NCBI RefSeq assembly: GCF_037042905.1
Contig: NC_087245.1
Span: 39,310,001 to 39,374,000, forward strand
DNA length: 64,000 bases
Direction: 5' to 3'
Source: Lytechinus pictus
Lineage: Eukaryota
Shown here: one piece after another, positions 26,423 to 40,125 of the stretch
Layout of the letters: each line of letters opens with the position of its first letter
Numbering within the stretch: position 1 is the stretch's first letter
Notes under the pieces: model-generated
Database searches by the model: none
What the model saw: the letters and a program-made list of their open reading frames with translations, nothing else
Told to the model about the DNA's origin: nothing
Made by a program: the position numbers and the translations under genes

Positions 26423-26810
26423 TAACGGTTTGTTCTTTTCTTCTTCTTCCTTTTTTTAATTATCAACTTGAGTCAAGAATTTCACTTAAATTAAAGTTGT
26501 TTTTTTGGTCACTCATGGTGTTGGTCGATTTCCCAAAAGGACGTCTTTCTTATATAAAACAAGTTCAGTTGAGGAACTTGTTGTGCTTGAAGTTCTCTTT
26601 ATAAATAAACAACTACCAAATGAAAAAAAGAAATCCGAATATAATCCATGTGAATGATCTCTCTCTGGAGTCTAGGATATACGCAGGCAGTAATGATCCC
26701 CTGAGAGATACATGTGAAATGAACTCCTGGGAAGAAAAGAACAAAATGAGAGAAACCAAAACAAGTTATTGCTTAACGTCATTCTTTACTGGAATAAAAG
26801 GGTGATAAAA

Positions 26811-27308
26811 CCTAGGGGGGGGGGGCATTCAAATATATTGCTGTACACATGCGTGACCAAAAAACGCGTTTAAAGGTGTGATTTTCAGTTTTGGGCGAGG
26901 GCCGCAAGTGCACTCGTTAAGAGTATCAAAAACACAGATTTTTAAATAGGAGGGTTCTTTCGAAAAACTGGTCAATGGTCATTCGCGGGGTCAAACGTAT
27001 TTAGGGTATGTTTTTTTCTAAAACTTTTTTAAAGACTAGCCAAACGTGTTTTTAGTGTATGTTTTTTCCCCCATAAATATAGTTTTGTCTATTTAAGCTT
27101 ATTGTTAGCAAGTTTAACTTGTTTAGGAGTCATATTCTGGCGACAAATTGTTTAGGGGCCAAATTGTGTTAATAAATCTGGCGAAAAACTTGTTTAGTGG
27201 GTTATTCTGCACACGGAGAAAAACCTCGTTTAGGGGGTGTTTGGAAATAGTTCGGTCACGCATGTGTACAACAATACATTTGACTGCCCCCCTCTCCCCC
27301 CGCCCGGG
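26811..27308. mobile_element. MITE with ~45 bp TIRs upstream of gene B
   Basis: GGGGGCATTCAAATATATTGCTGTACACATGCGTGACC ... GGTCACGCATGTGTACAACAATACATTTGACTGCCCCCC, flanked by ATAAAA on both sides. Confidence 0.8.
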
Positions 27309-30300
27309 ATAAAACAAAATGGAAAAAAATAAACAAAATTAGACTAACAAAACAAGTTATCCGATCACGTCTTTTCGTGGAGACATAAAATAAAAATTTA
27401 GTAAAACTAAGTTGACCCCCCCCCCCTAGAAATGGCGTTTCCCTTCGGAAATCGGGGATGTCCTTCCGTGAATATCCCGCATGCGTTTGCGGTGAATAAA
27501 TTTCAATGTTTGCCTATTTCATGGCGAACAAATTTGGTTATATGATAACAATTGTATGGAAAAGTCCTTACATAGTGAGCAATGAAAGAGAACTAGCTGT
27601 GTCTACTTGAACTGTTTGTGTACAGTAGTGGTGTACATAATACTGTCTACTCTTGTATAAATTACCGTAGCCATAATAAGCGGGTTCATCAAAATGGAGA
27701 TACCGTTTAATTGATTACAATTCTTTATTTTGTGTTTCCCTTTCCATGTCTCGGATGTTTCTTAATCCCCCTAATACGTTTGGTGATGTTTCATGTACTA
27801 CTTAATCCAACCATATCCATAAAATTGCATGTGAGAGAGGAGAAAAATAAAATAAATAGAATGGTGAAATTTTGAAAAGAAATCGAACAAGCAATGAGAA
27901 GCATATCATGGCTCTTTTAGAAATTGGATGACTAAATATGAACAACTTTCCCCGTATATGCAGTGTTTGTGCTTTTCTCATAAGTACCTAATCCTTGCAG
28001 TGGTCTAAATATAACAAAGATATCTTATTGTTTTATGTCCTCGTGGAAAGAAATGTATATTTTTAAGAATTTGTTTTGTTTTGCTTTCAAAAATGACATT
28101 TTTGGGACATTTCGAGGGGTTCAAAATGGGGGGGGGGGTAGGGTGCCCCATCGCCACCTGCTACCACCAGTGCACCTATATTGTTCAAACTCTCACCAAT
28201 CTGCTTGTCTGATTTTTCTTCCTCATCTAAAACGACTTTTCATCTGGGTTTCGCATTCACATCTATACGGAAACCTTTCCAGGTATCACATCCTGCAGAA
28301 CACCGTTTATGCTCTTCGGTAAACTAACCGGGAAATTGTCTGAAATATACCTATTGCTACATTTTTTAAAAGTGTGTTTTGTAATTGAGTAAGGAGGGAT
28401 TATCAGTAGGCCAATTAGACACTGTATGGATGAATGCCCACCTCTCCAGTAATACAGCCTTTTGTTTATTTTATTTATTATTTATTCACGTTTTCTTTAA
28501 AAGAGAGGGTTGTCCCATTCAAACCAAATTGTCTGCTTTACAAAGGAGCCCTGTCAAAATGTACCTACACAATAAACTTGACATATACAGAAATAAAAAC
28601 AGTGAATGGAAATAAATAAAGACAAAGGTTTTCATAGAAAACGTTCAATAAAAGCTAAAATATTATCATGATTATTACATACACCAGGAAATATTACAAT
28701 AATCATGATAATCTAAATACAGATAAGAATGTACTTATTACAGTTACACCAACGATACCGATTCAAAACGGACCGATCGCATGTCATTGATTGATTGATT
28801 GATTGATTTTATTCGTCTAGACTATCTCAGGAGATTACAATGAAATTGAAGAATACCTTGACAGGATAGCCCATGAAAGCCGAAAGGCTTATTTCCTATA
28901 GTTAGTATAAAACATTAATATATTGTAACAAGAAGTATAAACTACGACAAGTACTGGAATTTGTTTTTTAAAAAAAATAATAATAATACAAATAAATAAA
29001 TAATGTAATTATATAAAAAATAATGTAATTTAAAAAAAAAATAATGTAATTATAGCTTTACTCGGCTAGGCTCGGTTGGACTCGGTTCAGGTGTGTGACG
29101 ATAGCACGAGGGTCCCGTAAAACAAAGCTTAGCAACCATCTTAGCAACCTGAGTTAGAACATTTTTAACAATTGATTTTAACAATTGATTGCATTGACTA
29201 CATTGTACAATCAATCATCAAAATCAAGTGTACGATTGATCTCTAACCTTTGTAACGGGACACATGCAGATTACTATATGTAGATTGAATATATTTATTA
29301 TTTCTATCCTTATTTTTTTTAATCTGAATTTTGGGACCAAAACGATGATATAAACACAAAAGGCATGTGTTCTCATTTGAAGAAAGGAAGATGTATTTCT
29401 CAGACGTATATCGTGAATACTAAGAATAAAAAAATGATTTGAAAATTTTCAAATTTCAGTATTTAGTATTTAGGGAGAACTATTAGATTTTTCCTCTTCA
29501 GTATTTCCTTTAAAAATTAAAGGTATTTAGGCAAAAAGAATTAGATTTTCCTTTAAAAAGCTATGAACATAATTATAGGATATATTCTGTAACTGAGCAA
29601 GAAGGGATTTTAAGTAGATAAATATTGGACCTCGTATTGATTCCGAATGCAATTTCTCCAGCAATATCGCGTTTAACGTTCAACAAAATCTCATAGATTT
29701 ATCATGATTATTACAAACACCAGGAAATATTACAACAATCTTGATAATCTAGATACAGAAAAAAAAACCATTGTACTAGCTCTCCAAGTTTGCTTTACAA
29801 TGCTGGTATGTGACAACATTGAATAATGATTAACTTGGATTATAGAATAGACCTTGGAATGGAAAGGAAAAAAAATCACTCTATTCCATTGTTTACATAA
29901 AGTGACCTCAAAATATTTTAATTGATTGAGTAAAGCCTACAAAATAACAGATTGCTTAAAAGAGTTTCGTTTAATCGCGAACGTAAATCTATTTTATACC
30001 ATTATATTACCATATAATCAGAAATTCTGAAGAAAAAAAATGAATGCTTTTAATGCCATGTTCAATCAGATTGTTGTTCTCTCTCAGAAAGAGACGAGAA
30101 CGTACTTACTATTTTGGTACCAAATGATTTTACCCATGACCGATATTTATTTGCTTGCTTACTTACTTTCTTACTTACTTACTGACTGACTTATTATACC
30201 TTTGTTTAATCCATCAATGCTTAAGACAATACCTGCATTGATCACTGGTTAAAAAAGCATTTCACTCTCTCTTCAAGCATGAGCATTGTCAATTGGTTTC

Positions 30301-32529
30301 TATCTTTAAAACAATACGACATCGCCGTTGAGTTTTCCTAGTAAAGTAAACCAATAATGAACATACCAATTTAAACTTTTACTTGAAAATACCAGTTGAA
30401 TGTATATTTCAAATTGGTCAGAAGTGAGAACTGATACAACCCTTCCATACACCAGTGAAAGTATACAATGTACAATTTCAATACAAATAGAAACATGTCT
30501 ACTTACGTATGAAGATAACTCCGCTGAAAATTCACTTTCCAAAACAGAACAAAATTGTTCAGATCATCAGACCATCATTCTACCACATAGAAATATATAA
30601 TTACAAGCCTGTATGCATACTGAGCATAAAATTACAGTCTATGGGATACATCATGTTTAATAAATAACGGTAGCAAGTGTGTAGCAATTGCAGGTTAAAT
30701 GCGTGTAAACGTGCATTCCCTTTTTTCTCTCTCAATATTGACATAAAATGCGGTCCAGAAAAGGTAGATCGGCCTGAGTGGTTTTCCTGAATAAGCGAGA
30801 GAGAGTAAGTGTGAGACTAAGGGGGGGGGGGGGGGTAGAGAGAGAGATGTAGAGAGGGAGAGAGGGAGAGAGAGAGAGAGGGGTGAGGCCGGGTTAAGGG
30901 TGGGGGTCGTACGGATAGGAGTGACCGATGTTTTGTTTAATGTGTGTGTATGTTAATGCATGCAGTCTGCGATGTAATAAGATTAATTTTGCAAATTTTG
31001 AGATATAATTTCCAACAACATAAATCTGACGTAATATTAAGTGTCTGCGGTACTTTGAATATTGTGTTTCTGATATGTATCACCAATGTCTCTATATACT
31101 CATTCATGTAGTAAAGGCCAGCATTAGTTAAACAACAAAGATTTCTTTTTTATTATTATTAAAATCCCGGATTCGGGATTTATAAGGTATGTAAGGAGAA
31201 GGCAGAGTTCTGATTTAGTCAGAATAAAAAGAAAGAAAACAGATTTAGACTCCTTAAGGTTGTAATGTCATATAATGGGGAGCGAAAATGTACAATTTTG
31301 AGCAAATGGGCAAAATGGGTTGGGGAGGGGCGACCCCTGTAGCAGGTAAAACAAATGCAATTAGATATATTAAGTGCTGAATGTATCAATAAAGCAAACA
31401 ATAATATGAGACACAGCAAAGTGTTATGCAAATACGATCTAATCCTATTGGACTGCACATTCTCCCAGAGTATATATCCTAAACAGATTCAATTGACATT
31501 TATACAGATTTTTCAGTTTTATTTCATCTTTACTGTGGAGACAATAAAAGTGCAATGGAAATAGAATGCATTTTTTTAAATAATGTACAAGAAAAATCGG
31601 TATAGCAATAATCTTTATTTTGAAATATACGTGTTAACTGAACAGTCGTTGGTAGCTAACGAGCCCTAATTCATTCTATAGCAGAAAGAATATTTCTCAA
31701 AAACAAGTTTGCATGATTAATCATAAAAGTTTGTTGTTTCTCATTCGTTATTGTGGTTTGGTGGTTATAAAAGTGATTTTGTGATATCAAAAGATGAATC
31801 GAGAACGAGAGATATTTGTGGAGGGAGACAGCAAAAATAGGGGAGCGAGAGGGAGAAAGCGGTGACAAGGGGGGGGGGGGGGCGCGGGAGTTGGGGGCAA
31901 TCTATCTTAAACGTACATACAATAAGCATGGTTGATTTTCGTTTCCCTGTTATTTTTCTAATAATTCAAATTTCCTCGCTTTTAAAGTCGATTTCATTGA
32001 TTCAAATGACAATTTGTTATCTCTTGCAGTCTTAAATCATGAAAATGGGAAATAAGAGAGTCCAGTCCAACTAGGTTCATCAACTTCATGCACATTCCAA
32101 TATTTATTCACATATTGACCCACTATACCGTACCGAGATTGTATTGAATATAATTCATGCATAAAACATCGCGATTCGAGGGATTCCAATAACTGGAAAT
32201 TCTATCAATATTACCAAATATGGCATTGTTATTTCCTAACTGACCTGCCTTTGTTAGAAAATGACGCCGGACAAATTTGCTTACATCGTTTGTAGGCGGG
32301 TAGAGGCGGTGTTCGGGGTGGGGTAAGGGGGCGACTGCCTCCTGTGGATATTGAAGTAGTAAAGATAAGGGGAAAAGAAAAAAAAGAAGAAGAAAAGAGA
32401 ATAGCGATGGAAGAAGAGCATGTTGGAGGAGTATTAGTCGTGTAGCTCTATAATCATCCCTGTAATTCAACTAAGAAAAAAAAGTCTTCCTTTTTTCTCT
32501 TCCTGGTGTCAAGCGCGTAAAACATTCCC

Positions 32530-32990
32530 CATAGACTTGTGTGTTAAAATGGCACTTTTGAAAAATTCATTAAAAAAACCCGTGAAATTAGAGGGTCGAA
32601 TGTTTACTACCATTGGATAGGATATATATCTGACATTCCATATCTGACCAGAGAAGGGTATCGTAGCCAGCTCATTTAAAAATAAATTGCCATTTATGAA
32701 GATAACTATGATGGGATCAGATTTATAAACTGAAACAGTAAAAATAGCCCTAATTCTTCCGCCAGTCAAAAAATAGTTCCAAAGTCATTGATATATCTTC
32801 CCGATCTGGGGAAAGGAAGTTCATTAGTTACCATTTTTAGAATCAGTGTTAGATTTCCAATTATATTCATACACTTTTGTCGATCAGCAATATCAAATTG
32901 AAAAAAAAAATCGAATGGGTTGGGTCGAACGAATATCTTTAGCCCTCCTGATGTAATTAGGCTCATGGCACCACAAATTGCTCGAGATAC
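32530..32990. repeat. Dispersed repeat; second copy at ~55057-55500
   Basis: Collinear shared blocks: CATAGACT(T/G)GTGTGTTAAAATGGCACT, GGTCGAATGTTTACTA, TCCATATCTGACCAG, CTGAAACAGTAAAA, CATACACTTT, AATGGGTTGG. Confidence 0.8.
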
Positions 32991-33953
32991 TGCCATTTGA
33001 TAGTGGGACTCTCAGGCCACTTTAGAAAATGTATCACCTAGCGCTACGGCGCTTTTGAGACGAACGGATGCCGATCGAAGCAACGACTTATATAGCGCTT
33101 TACACTTACTTTCTCTCTAAGCGCTACATACTGTAACTAAAACATATTACCATAACTCTTTAAATCGTGCATTGCACTCATGTCTGATTTCTCTCCTAAC
33201 ATACCATCATGACCATAGCTCTGCTCAATGTCAGGGACCCGTCCTACAAGTTGCGATTGATTCGATTTATATAGTAACACAACAGTTATGGAAAGCCAAC
33301 GACGCCAACATATAAGATACATGTTTATTCAAAATATTTTCTGGATATGGTGTCCATTCATATACTGTACATCCATCGTTTTCTTGACAATTAAGTATGC
33401 TGCTCTTTGTGTACAAAAGGAAATTGTGCGAATTTCCAGTAGAAAAAAATATGACGTTGATGAATTTCCATACAGTTGAAGGGGTTGATCTGATCTATCA
33501 CAACTCTTTGTAAATCGGGAATCGGGTCATGTTGTTCGACCACAATTGATATGAAGGAAAACTCCCGATTTCTTGGAAGCTACTTTGCTTTGAGTTATTG
33601 TGTTTTTTCTTCCGAGAAAAAAATCTTGAAAGCCTGGTGTTAAAGATGAAATTAAGCAATCTTCCGTATGTTCAATGACAATAAATATCTCCAGAACGCC
33701 ATTGTTCAGAAAATATCATACAAATTTGAGTTAACGTTCATGCTATAGGTTGGACACAACGAACAACGAATGTGATAAGAATGAGAACATAATAATTCTT
33801 ATCACCTCTTCCTGTCTATTAATCTTTATCTATTTCTTATTTATTTAATTCTATATAACAACCACTTTCAAAATGCCCTTTTCAATGTGCAGTGTAAATA
33901 AACTTTTTTTTATTTTTTTTTATTTTATTTTTTATAAAAGTGAAGTTCAGTGA

Positions 33954-35226
33954 TTGAGGTTTATTAATGGTAACTATATTGATTATCTTCATGCCCTTGA
34001 GTGTTTGGACATCCCAACCCTTGCTGATAGACGCTTACAAATGCTTACAATGTTTGTCAGATCTTTTGTACAATCAAGGCATGCATGCATGCTTCCACAA
34101 CGTAGAGATGCCTTGCCAAATTTCCGTCAGTTGAGGAATTCTGACCCTCTTTGCCGCATACCTTGCCGTACTTCTGGGTACCAAAATTCATTCCTACCTC
34201 AAGCAGTGAAGATAATCAATGATTTGAAACTTGTTTAATTTAATTTCTAACATGTATCTTTTGTTGATGAACAGTACTTTTCCATTTTCTCTCTCCTCAT
34301 TTCTGTCTTTTTAATTTTTTTTTTCAATTCAGTCTTCTGTTATTCTTTCTTTTCTCTCTCCTCTCTTGGAATTCTCTCCCCCCCCCTCCTCCTTGCTTCT
34401 CCCCCTTTCTCTTTCCTCTCTCTCCTTTCTCCCCTCTTCTCCTTCCTCTCTCTCCCCTTTCCTCCCTCTTTCTTTCTCTTTCCTTTTTTCTCTTTCTCTT
34501 TCTTTCTCTTTTTCCCTCTCTCACTCCCCTTCCTTTTTTTTCCTCTCCTATTTTTCTTTTAGGAATTATTGTCGTACTCTTTCAGGTTTCTTAATTTATA
34601 TGGTTTGCACACGATTAATATTTGCAATTAATCTCCTCATGTGCAGTATCAACATAGTGCTTGAAATTCTTTCAGGGAGTTTATATCCTCAGCTCTATTT
34701 TTCCCTTTTTGTGCTCGATTCAATTTCAATTACTACTTAAACAGTTTAGTAACCATTGTTAAATGTCTTGTATTGTATAATGAGTTTTTTATGTTTAAAG
34801 TTGCCTCTTTTACTCTTTCCAATTTCCACCTCTTGCTTTCCCTTTTCTATTGTCTTATCCCTATTTCTTTCCCTTTTCTCATCCTTGTCCTCTCCTCTCT
34901 CCTCTTTCTTCCTAATCTTTCACTCCCCCTATTCTTTCATTGGTGACAGTTTGTAGTAATTATGTTATGGCCTTTGGTATTTACTTATGATACATTTCTT
35001 TTTCATCTGTATGAATTTGTATTGTATTTAAATATTTATTTATAATGTTTACTTTATATTTTATGTTTCTATTTGCACATGTAAACATTCACACATTTTA
35101 GTCTTTGACTGCTTGTGATTGTATTTTGATAGTTTTTATTGCAATAAAATCCAATATAAATATAATATTGATAGGTTATACTTATAAGTGATATAAGTAT
35201 CAAAATCAATCAATCAATCAATCAAT
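33954..35226 (+). mobile_element. 5'-truncated CR1/L2-group LINE 3' end (ORF2 C-terminus, UTR, (AATC)n tail)
   Basis: YLHALECLDIPTLADRR...CRTSGYQNSFLPQAVKIIN is a typical CR1-group ORF2 terminus. A pyrimidine-rich region, AATAAA and an (AATC)n run at 35205-35226 follow; the extent of the UTR is uncertain. Confidence 0.65.
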
Positions 35227-36173
35227 GGTAAAGTTGTTCAGGCGCGGATCGGGGGTATATGTGCCTACTTTTAGCCAACATTTGATGTCTGCATTCAGGG
35301 GCCGCGGAACGTTTTTGAAGGGTGAGCTGACCACGCAAAAATCACAACCAACTGGAATTTTCAAACATTCTTGTACACGGTTTGGAAAAAAAAAACTTAA
35401 GCCCTCCCCACCCCTCCCCGGTTCCGTGGGTCCTGTGATGAGAATGGTGACCCTGATTGGAAAGCGAGGATGAAATTATGATTCTATTGTGGCGATTGTC
35501 CTTTTTTGTTCGTCAAATTTTATTAGAAAGTATAAGTTTTTTAGTGATATATCCTTTATTTTCTTGTCAACTTTTTCGTGGCGAATAGTTGCAGTAATTT
35601 TTGCTATATATACATTTTTTTGGCCGTTAGTCATTTGTTTGTTTGTCCTAAATTCCATCATTTTTGCGCCTCTCTATTATTAAGTCCTTAATCTACCCTA
35701 GTGCCGGTAATAAAGGAGAAGGGGCAAAAGTATGGACCTGGAATTAACTTTCCTCTTTTAAATGAAACGAGAAGAAAAAATGAAACATGTACCTTACTGA
35801 CTAAAACAACTTGAATTGGTATGTTCATCTTAAAGGTACAGTATGCAGTGGTACGGATAAACGAACAGTTCTTCTAACAGGTTCAAACTCTCTTTATTGT
35901 CTGGAAACTTTGGAAAAGGACTGTATCGACACGAATAATATGAGGGTTTATTTTTGTTAACGATCAATTCCCTGGTCCTAAGCAAATATTCTCCGTGACA
36001 GAAATTCACTGAACCCGTGCGTAAACATGTCATAACAAAGGTGTCCCACTCAAGTACACTATGACGCATTCAGTCACGTGGTACCACACACAGATAACAA
36101 TGCAAAGGCCCTGTAACTACCAACCAAAAATGTATTTTTCATATTCCTGAAGCAAGGTTCAGGGTGACGTCAC

Positions 36174-37972
36174 CAGGGGCGGATCCAGACTTCGCCAATG
36201 GGGGGCGGCGGAATTTTTTTCAGCCATATTATTCCCCGATCGGTCGCTCGAAGATGATTTTTTGTTTCTTTGAAGGGGTAGTCTTAATAGTCACTTCTTA
36301 GCTTTATTCTTATGAATAAACATTGATATATATTATCATAATCCTCATTTATATAATGCGAGCGCGAAGCACGAGCTAATTTTTTTTGGAAATATTATGT
36401 ATTTTTTCCTAAAATTTTGAACATTCTGGGCAATGTTTGTTACCCTGAAAAAGTGGTGTATGCAAATGAATAATTACTACGAACGCGAAGCGCGAGCAGA
36501 AATAAATTGATGGAAAAGGTACTTGTTAAAGACTGCTTGCAGTTAGCCATGAAGACGTTACATATTTTAAAAATCAAATAATGCGAGCGCGAAGCGTGAG
36601 CTGATTTTTTTACATTTTTACCTAAAATTGAGATTCTAAGCACTTTTTGTAACTTAAACAAAATAGGTATATAACTAAACAATTGATGTGCGAGCGGAAA
36701 ATTTCGAGATTTAGACCTACTGAACGAGACACTCTATTCAAGTTTTGTAAATCATGAAAAGATAAGTGGGGGTCTTCTTTACATTAATAATGCGAGCGCA
36801 GAGCGCGAGCAGAAAATGTTTGATATTGTGATCTGAAACTGGATAATGATTTTAAAAGAAAAATTTGATCATCTGAATAAACATGCGCGCGTGAATCATA
36901 TTTAGACCTAGAATCTAGGCATTCTGAATACATTTTTATCATGAAAATCAAAGCGAGCGCGAAGCGCAAGCTTATTTGATATTCCGATCTGAAAAAAAAG
37001 AGTCAATTTCAGCTCAATATTTCAAGCACTTTGTAGGAAAATTGTGAGGTGGATATGGATCGCACTTAATAAAGAGCTGATATTTTTCATTATTATTACT
37101 TTGAGTTTTAACATAGGACCGCATATGAAAATGATGACTATCTTCCTTTTCCTCTTGCTAAGCGCTAGATGAAACAAAACGGACACTTTGATTATTAGAA
37201 TAATGCCTAATGAGGGCGCGAAATTTGATGATATTAAGGCCTGAAAACTGGACGTTTCAAGCACTTTTGTAATTATAAATAGGATGCATCAGTTAATATA
37301 TTTTAACCATTAATGCGAGCGCAAATCGCGAGCCAAAATTTTTGATAAACTGTCATGAAAAGGGGATTTTAAGTAGTTTGTTGTATAATCAATATTGAGA
37401 CATACATAATTCTCCAATCAAAATGCAAGCTTGAAGCGCTAGCTGATACGTTTTGACAATCATACCTGAAAATTGATATTTTGAAAACTTTATGGAATAC
37501 ATGAAAATAATAGGTACCTTATAAATCAAAATTTGCGAGCGCGCAGTGCGAGAAGAAATTTTTAATATTCAGACCATAAAACTGATATTTTTACAGAGCA
37601 TTTTTTTAAAATCAATTTGTAAATCACACAATATAATGAAAGTTCGATTTCAGAGGTGAAATGTGTTTTGTATATTGACTTCTAAACACGATATTTAAAC
37701 TCCATATTGAAGATATGAAAATCACCTAACAGGCAATGCGAGCGCGAAGCGCGAGCGAAAATTTTATATAGTGACATGAAATATTATTTTTATTTTCCAA
37801 GTCTTCCCCTCATCTTATTTTATTCACTCGTCTTCCTCCTCTTCTTTTTTCTCCTCTTTTCCCTCCTTTTCCCCCTTTTTTCTTTCTTTCCTTTTTCCTT
37901 TTTTTTGCTCCGCCAATAGGGGGGGGGGGAGGGGCAGGGCCTCTCGCCCCCCTCCCCCTGGATCCGCCTTTG
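36174..37972. mobile_element. 1.8 kb non-autonomous TIR element (hAT-like ends) with internal GCGAGCGCGAAGCGCGAGC motifs
   Basis: CAGGGGCGGATCCAG ... CTGGATCCGCCTTTG with the direct repeat CGTCAC on both sides; about ten internal motif copies. Confidence 0.85.
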
Positions 37973-38109
37973 CGTCACTATTTAAAGAATTGAAAGTTAT
38001 GTACTATTTCGAAAAATTAAAAAATGTTTTTAAAAAGCTCAGCGAGCCCCACCCTTCATATCAACCTCTACACTCAAGAGCAGAGGCTGCCCCTCTTTTT
38101 AAACTTCAC

Positions 38110-38670
38110 TTCCCTCGTTTCCTTTTCTCTCCCCTCTCTCCTTCCCTTCTCTCTCCCTCTTCTCTCTCTCCCTCCTCTCTCCCTCTCCCGGTTTCTCTCC
38201 CCTTATTTTCCTACTCTCTCTAACTGTGCCCTCTATTTCTTTACTCACTCCCTTTACCTAGACGTGTATTTTAGTATTTTTCCTACTCTCTCTAACTGTG
38301 CCCTCTATTTCTTTACTCACTCCCTTTACCTAGACGTGTATTTTAGTATCTCTCTCTCTTCCTTCATTCCCTCTCCCCCTTTCTATTCTGTTTCTTCCTT
38401 CCTTTCCGCCCTCCCTGTCACTTCTTTCTTTCTCTCTCTTCCCCTTCCTTTGTTTTCTCCTTTTCTCCCCTCTCTATTTCCCTTATCTCTTTTTCACATT
38501 CTTTTTTTTTGGTTCCCCCCTCCCTTTCCCTCCTTCCCTTTTCACGTTCCCTTTCTTTCCCTTCTCCTATTCGCTTCTTTTCCTTCTTTCTGTCTTTCCC
38601 ATTCCACTTCCTTTTCTCTCCCTCTCTCCCTTCTTTTCTATCTTATTCTTTTTTTTTTTTTTTTGGGGGG
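38110..38670. repeat. CT-rich low-complexity tract containing a 72 bp tandem duplication (38207-38349)
   Basis: CTACTCTCTCTAACTGTGCCCTCT...TAGACGTGTATTTTAGTAT occurs twice. Confidence 0.9.
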
Positions 38671-39595
38671 GGGGGGCAGAAAGGGCGTGTAGGCAAGGCC
38701 CCTAAGCTCCCATGGATCCACGCCTGGCCTCACACACCCCTTACATCAACACGACGTCATCCTCCGCCCTATTATTAGCGAGCTTTCGCATTTGCATTGG
38801 GGGACGTATTCTGCAACACAGTAAATCTGTTGAAAATGCCCATCAAATCACAATGAACAGCCGAGTGGCCTTTGTCGAAAATTGGTGAACCGAGACAGGT
38901 GAAGTTGTTTCGGATCTGACAATTTTTTTTCTTCAAATACGCGGTTTATCCAGAGTCATGGACGACACTGCTGTTTTCATTCTCCGATTTTTTAGAAAGA
39001 CTGCTTTTCGTCATGAAGGGTTTTTGACAATAGATTCTCTACGTTCCAGAAAGCGTCTGCATGGTGGATAGGAAAACTCCTTTCTATATTCCTCACTCGG
39101 CCTTTTAACAAACCACTCATCATCACTATAGCATGCAGAGAACTATACTGAATGATGGATTTAAAAAAAGATGCATTTTCTTAAATTAGATTCACAACAT
39201 CTAAACATTAAATTTTAGATTAAGTGATCATAATTTGGTTCAATGAAGTACTTTTGCAGTCCCAAATAGTTGAATTACACTTGGCCGATAGCTTTTTACT
39301 TGGGATCTCATTTAATTATTTTAATAATTGAAATTAAAATTGCAATATTCATGTTTCCCAATTTACTAATCCGGTGACAAAAAAATCCAATGGTAAAATA
39401 CAAAAAATAATAATGATTATGCAACTAGCATTTATTATTATCCAGCTCTAGTATATACGGCTACCCATACACCCGGGTCCCGGACACAAAGGATAATTGC
39501 GTTTAATTTTCACGATTGATTGTACATTGCAGTCAATGCAATCAATAGTTAATACATTCTTCTATGATGATTGCTAAGCTTTGAGTTACGGGCAC

Positions 39596-39718
39596 CTGGA
39601 TGTAGAGTGGCAAATGGAGATAAGTGCCTTGGCAAAGGAAACGAGTAATGCGGTGGGATTTGATATATACCCGGACCTCGGGTTCAAAATATGAAGACTT
39701 AACCACTGAGCCACAGCA
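39596..39718 (-). mobile_element. tRNA-derived SINE head fragment
   Basis: The minus strand reads GTGCTGTGGCTCAGTGGTTAAG (A box), a degenerate B box, then TCCTTTGCCAAGGCACTT. Confidence 0.6.
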
Positions 39719-39884
39719 CTTCTATACCTCTGGGTACTTAGCCCCATGAAACACTGGTTAACTCTGCACATGAGAGGTATGGTTTGACTTTAAAATAAAC
39801 CCTTTTTCACAAATATGCATGTCATGGACTAAAAATACCCTGTTCATGTGAAAATTCATGGTTTAACATCATTGAGACCATCTA

Positions 39885-40125
39885 GGCCCCGTCTTACCAA
39901 GAGTAGCGATTGATCCGATCAACCACAACTATGGACGGCCAGCAACATAAACACCTAAAATTTTTAGATAGATGTATAAGCATACATTCATCATTCTCTT
40001 GGAAATTCAGTGTGATTCTCTTTGTGTACTAAGGAGATTGTGCAAATTTCCTGCAGAAAAAATGGATGGATTTCCATACAGTTGAATTTGATTGGATCTA
40101 TCGTAACTCTTTGTAAGACGGGGCC
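39885..40125. mobile_element. Harbinger/Tourist-like MITE; related copies at ~29110-29261, 33234-33520, 39474-39595
   Basis: TIR GGCCCCGTCTTAC / GTAAGACGGGGCC. The internal GATTGATC and TTTCCATACAGTTGAA are shared with the 33.2-33.5 kb copy. Confidence 0.7.
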
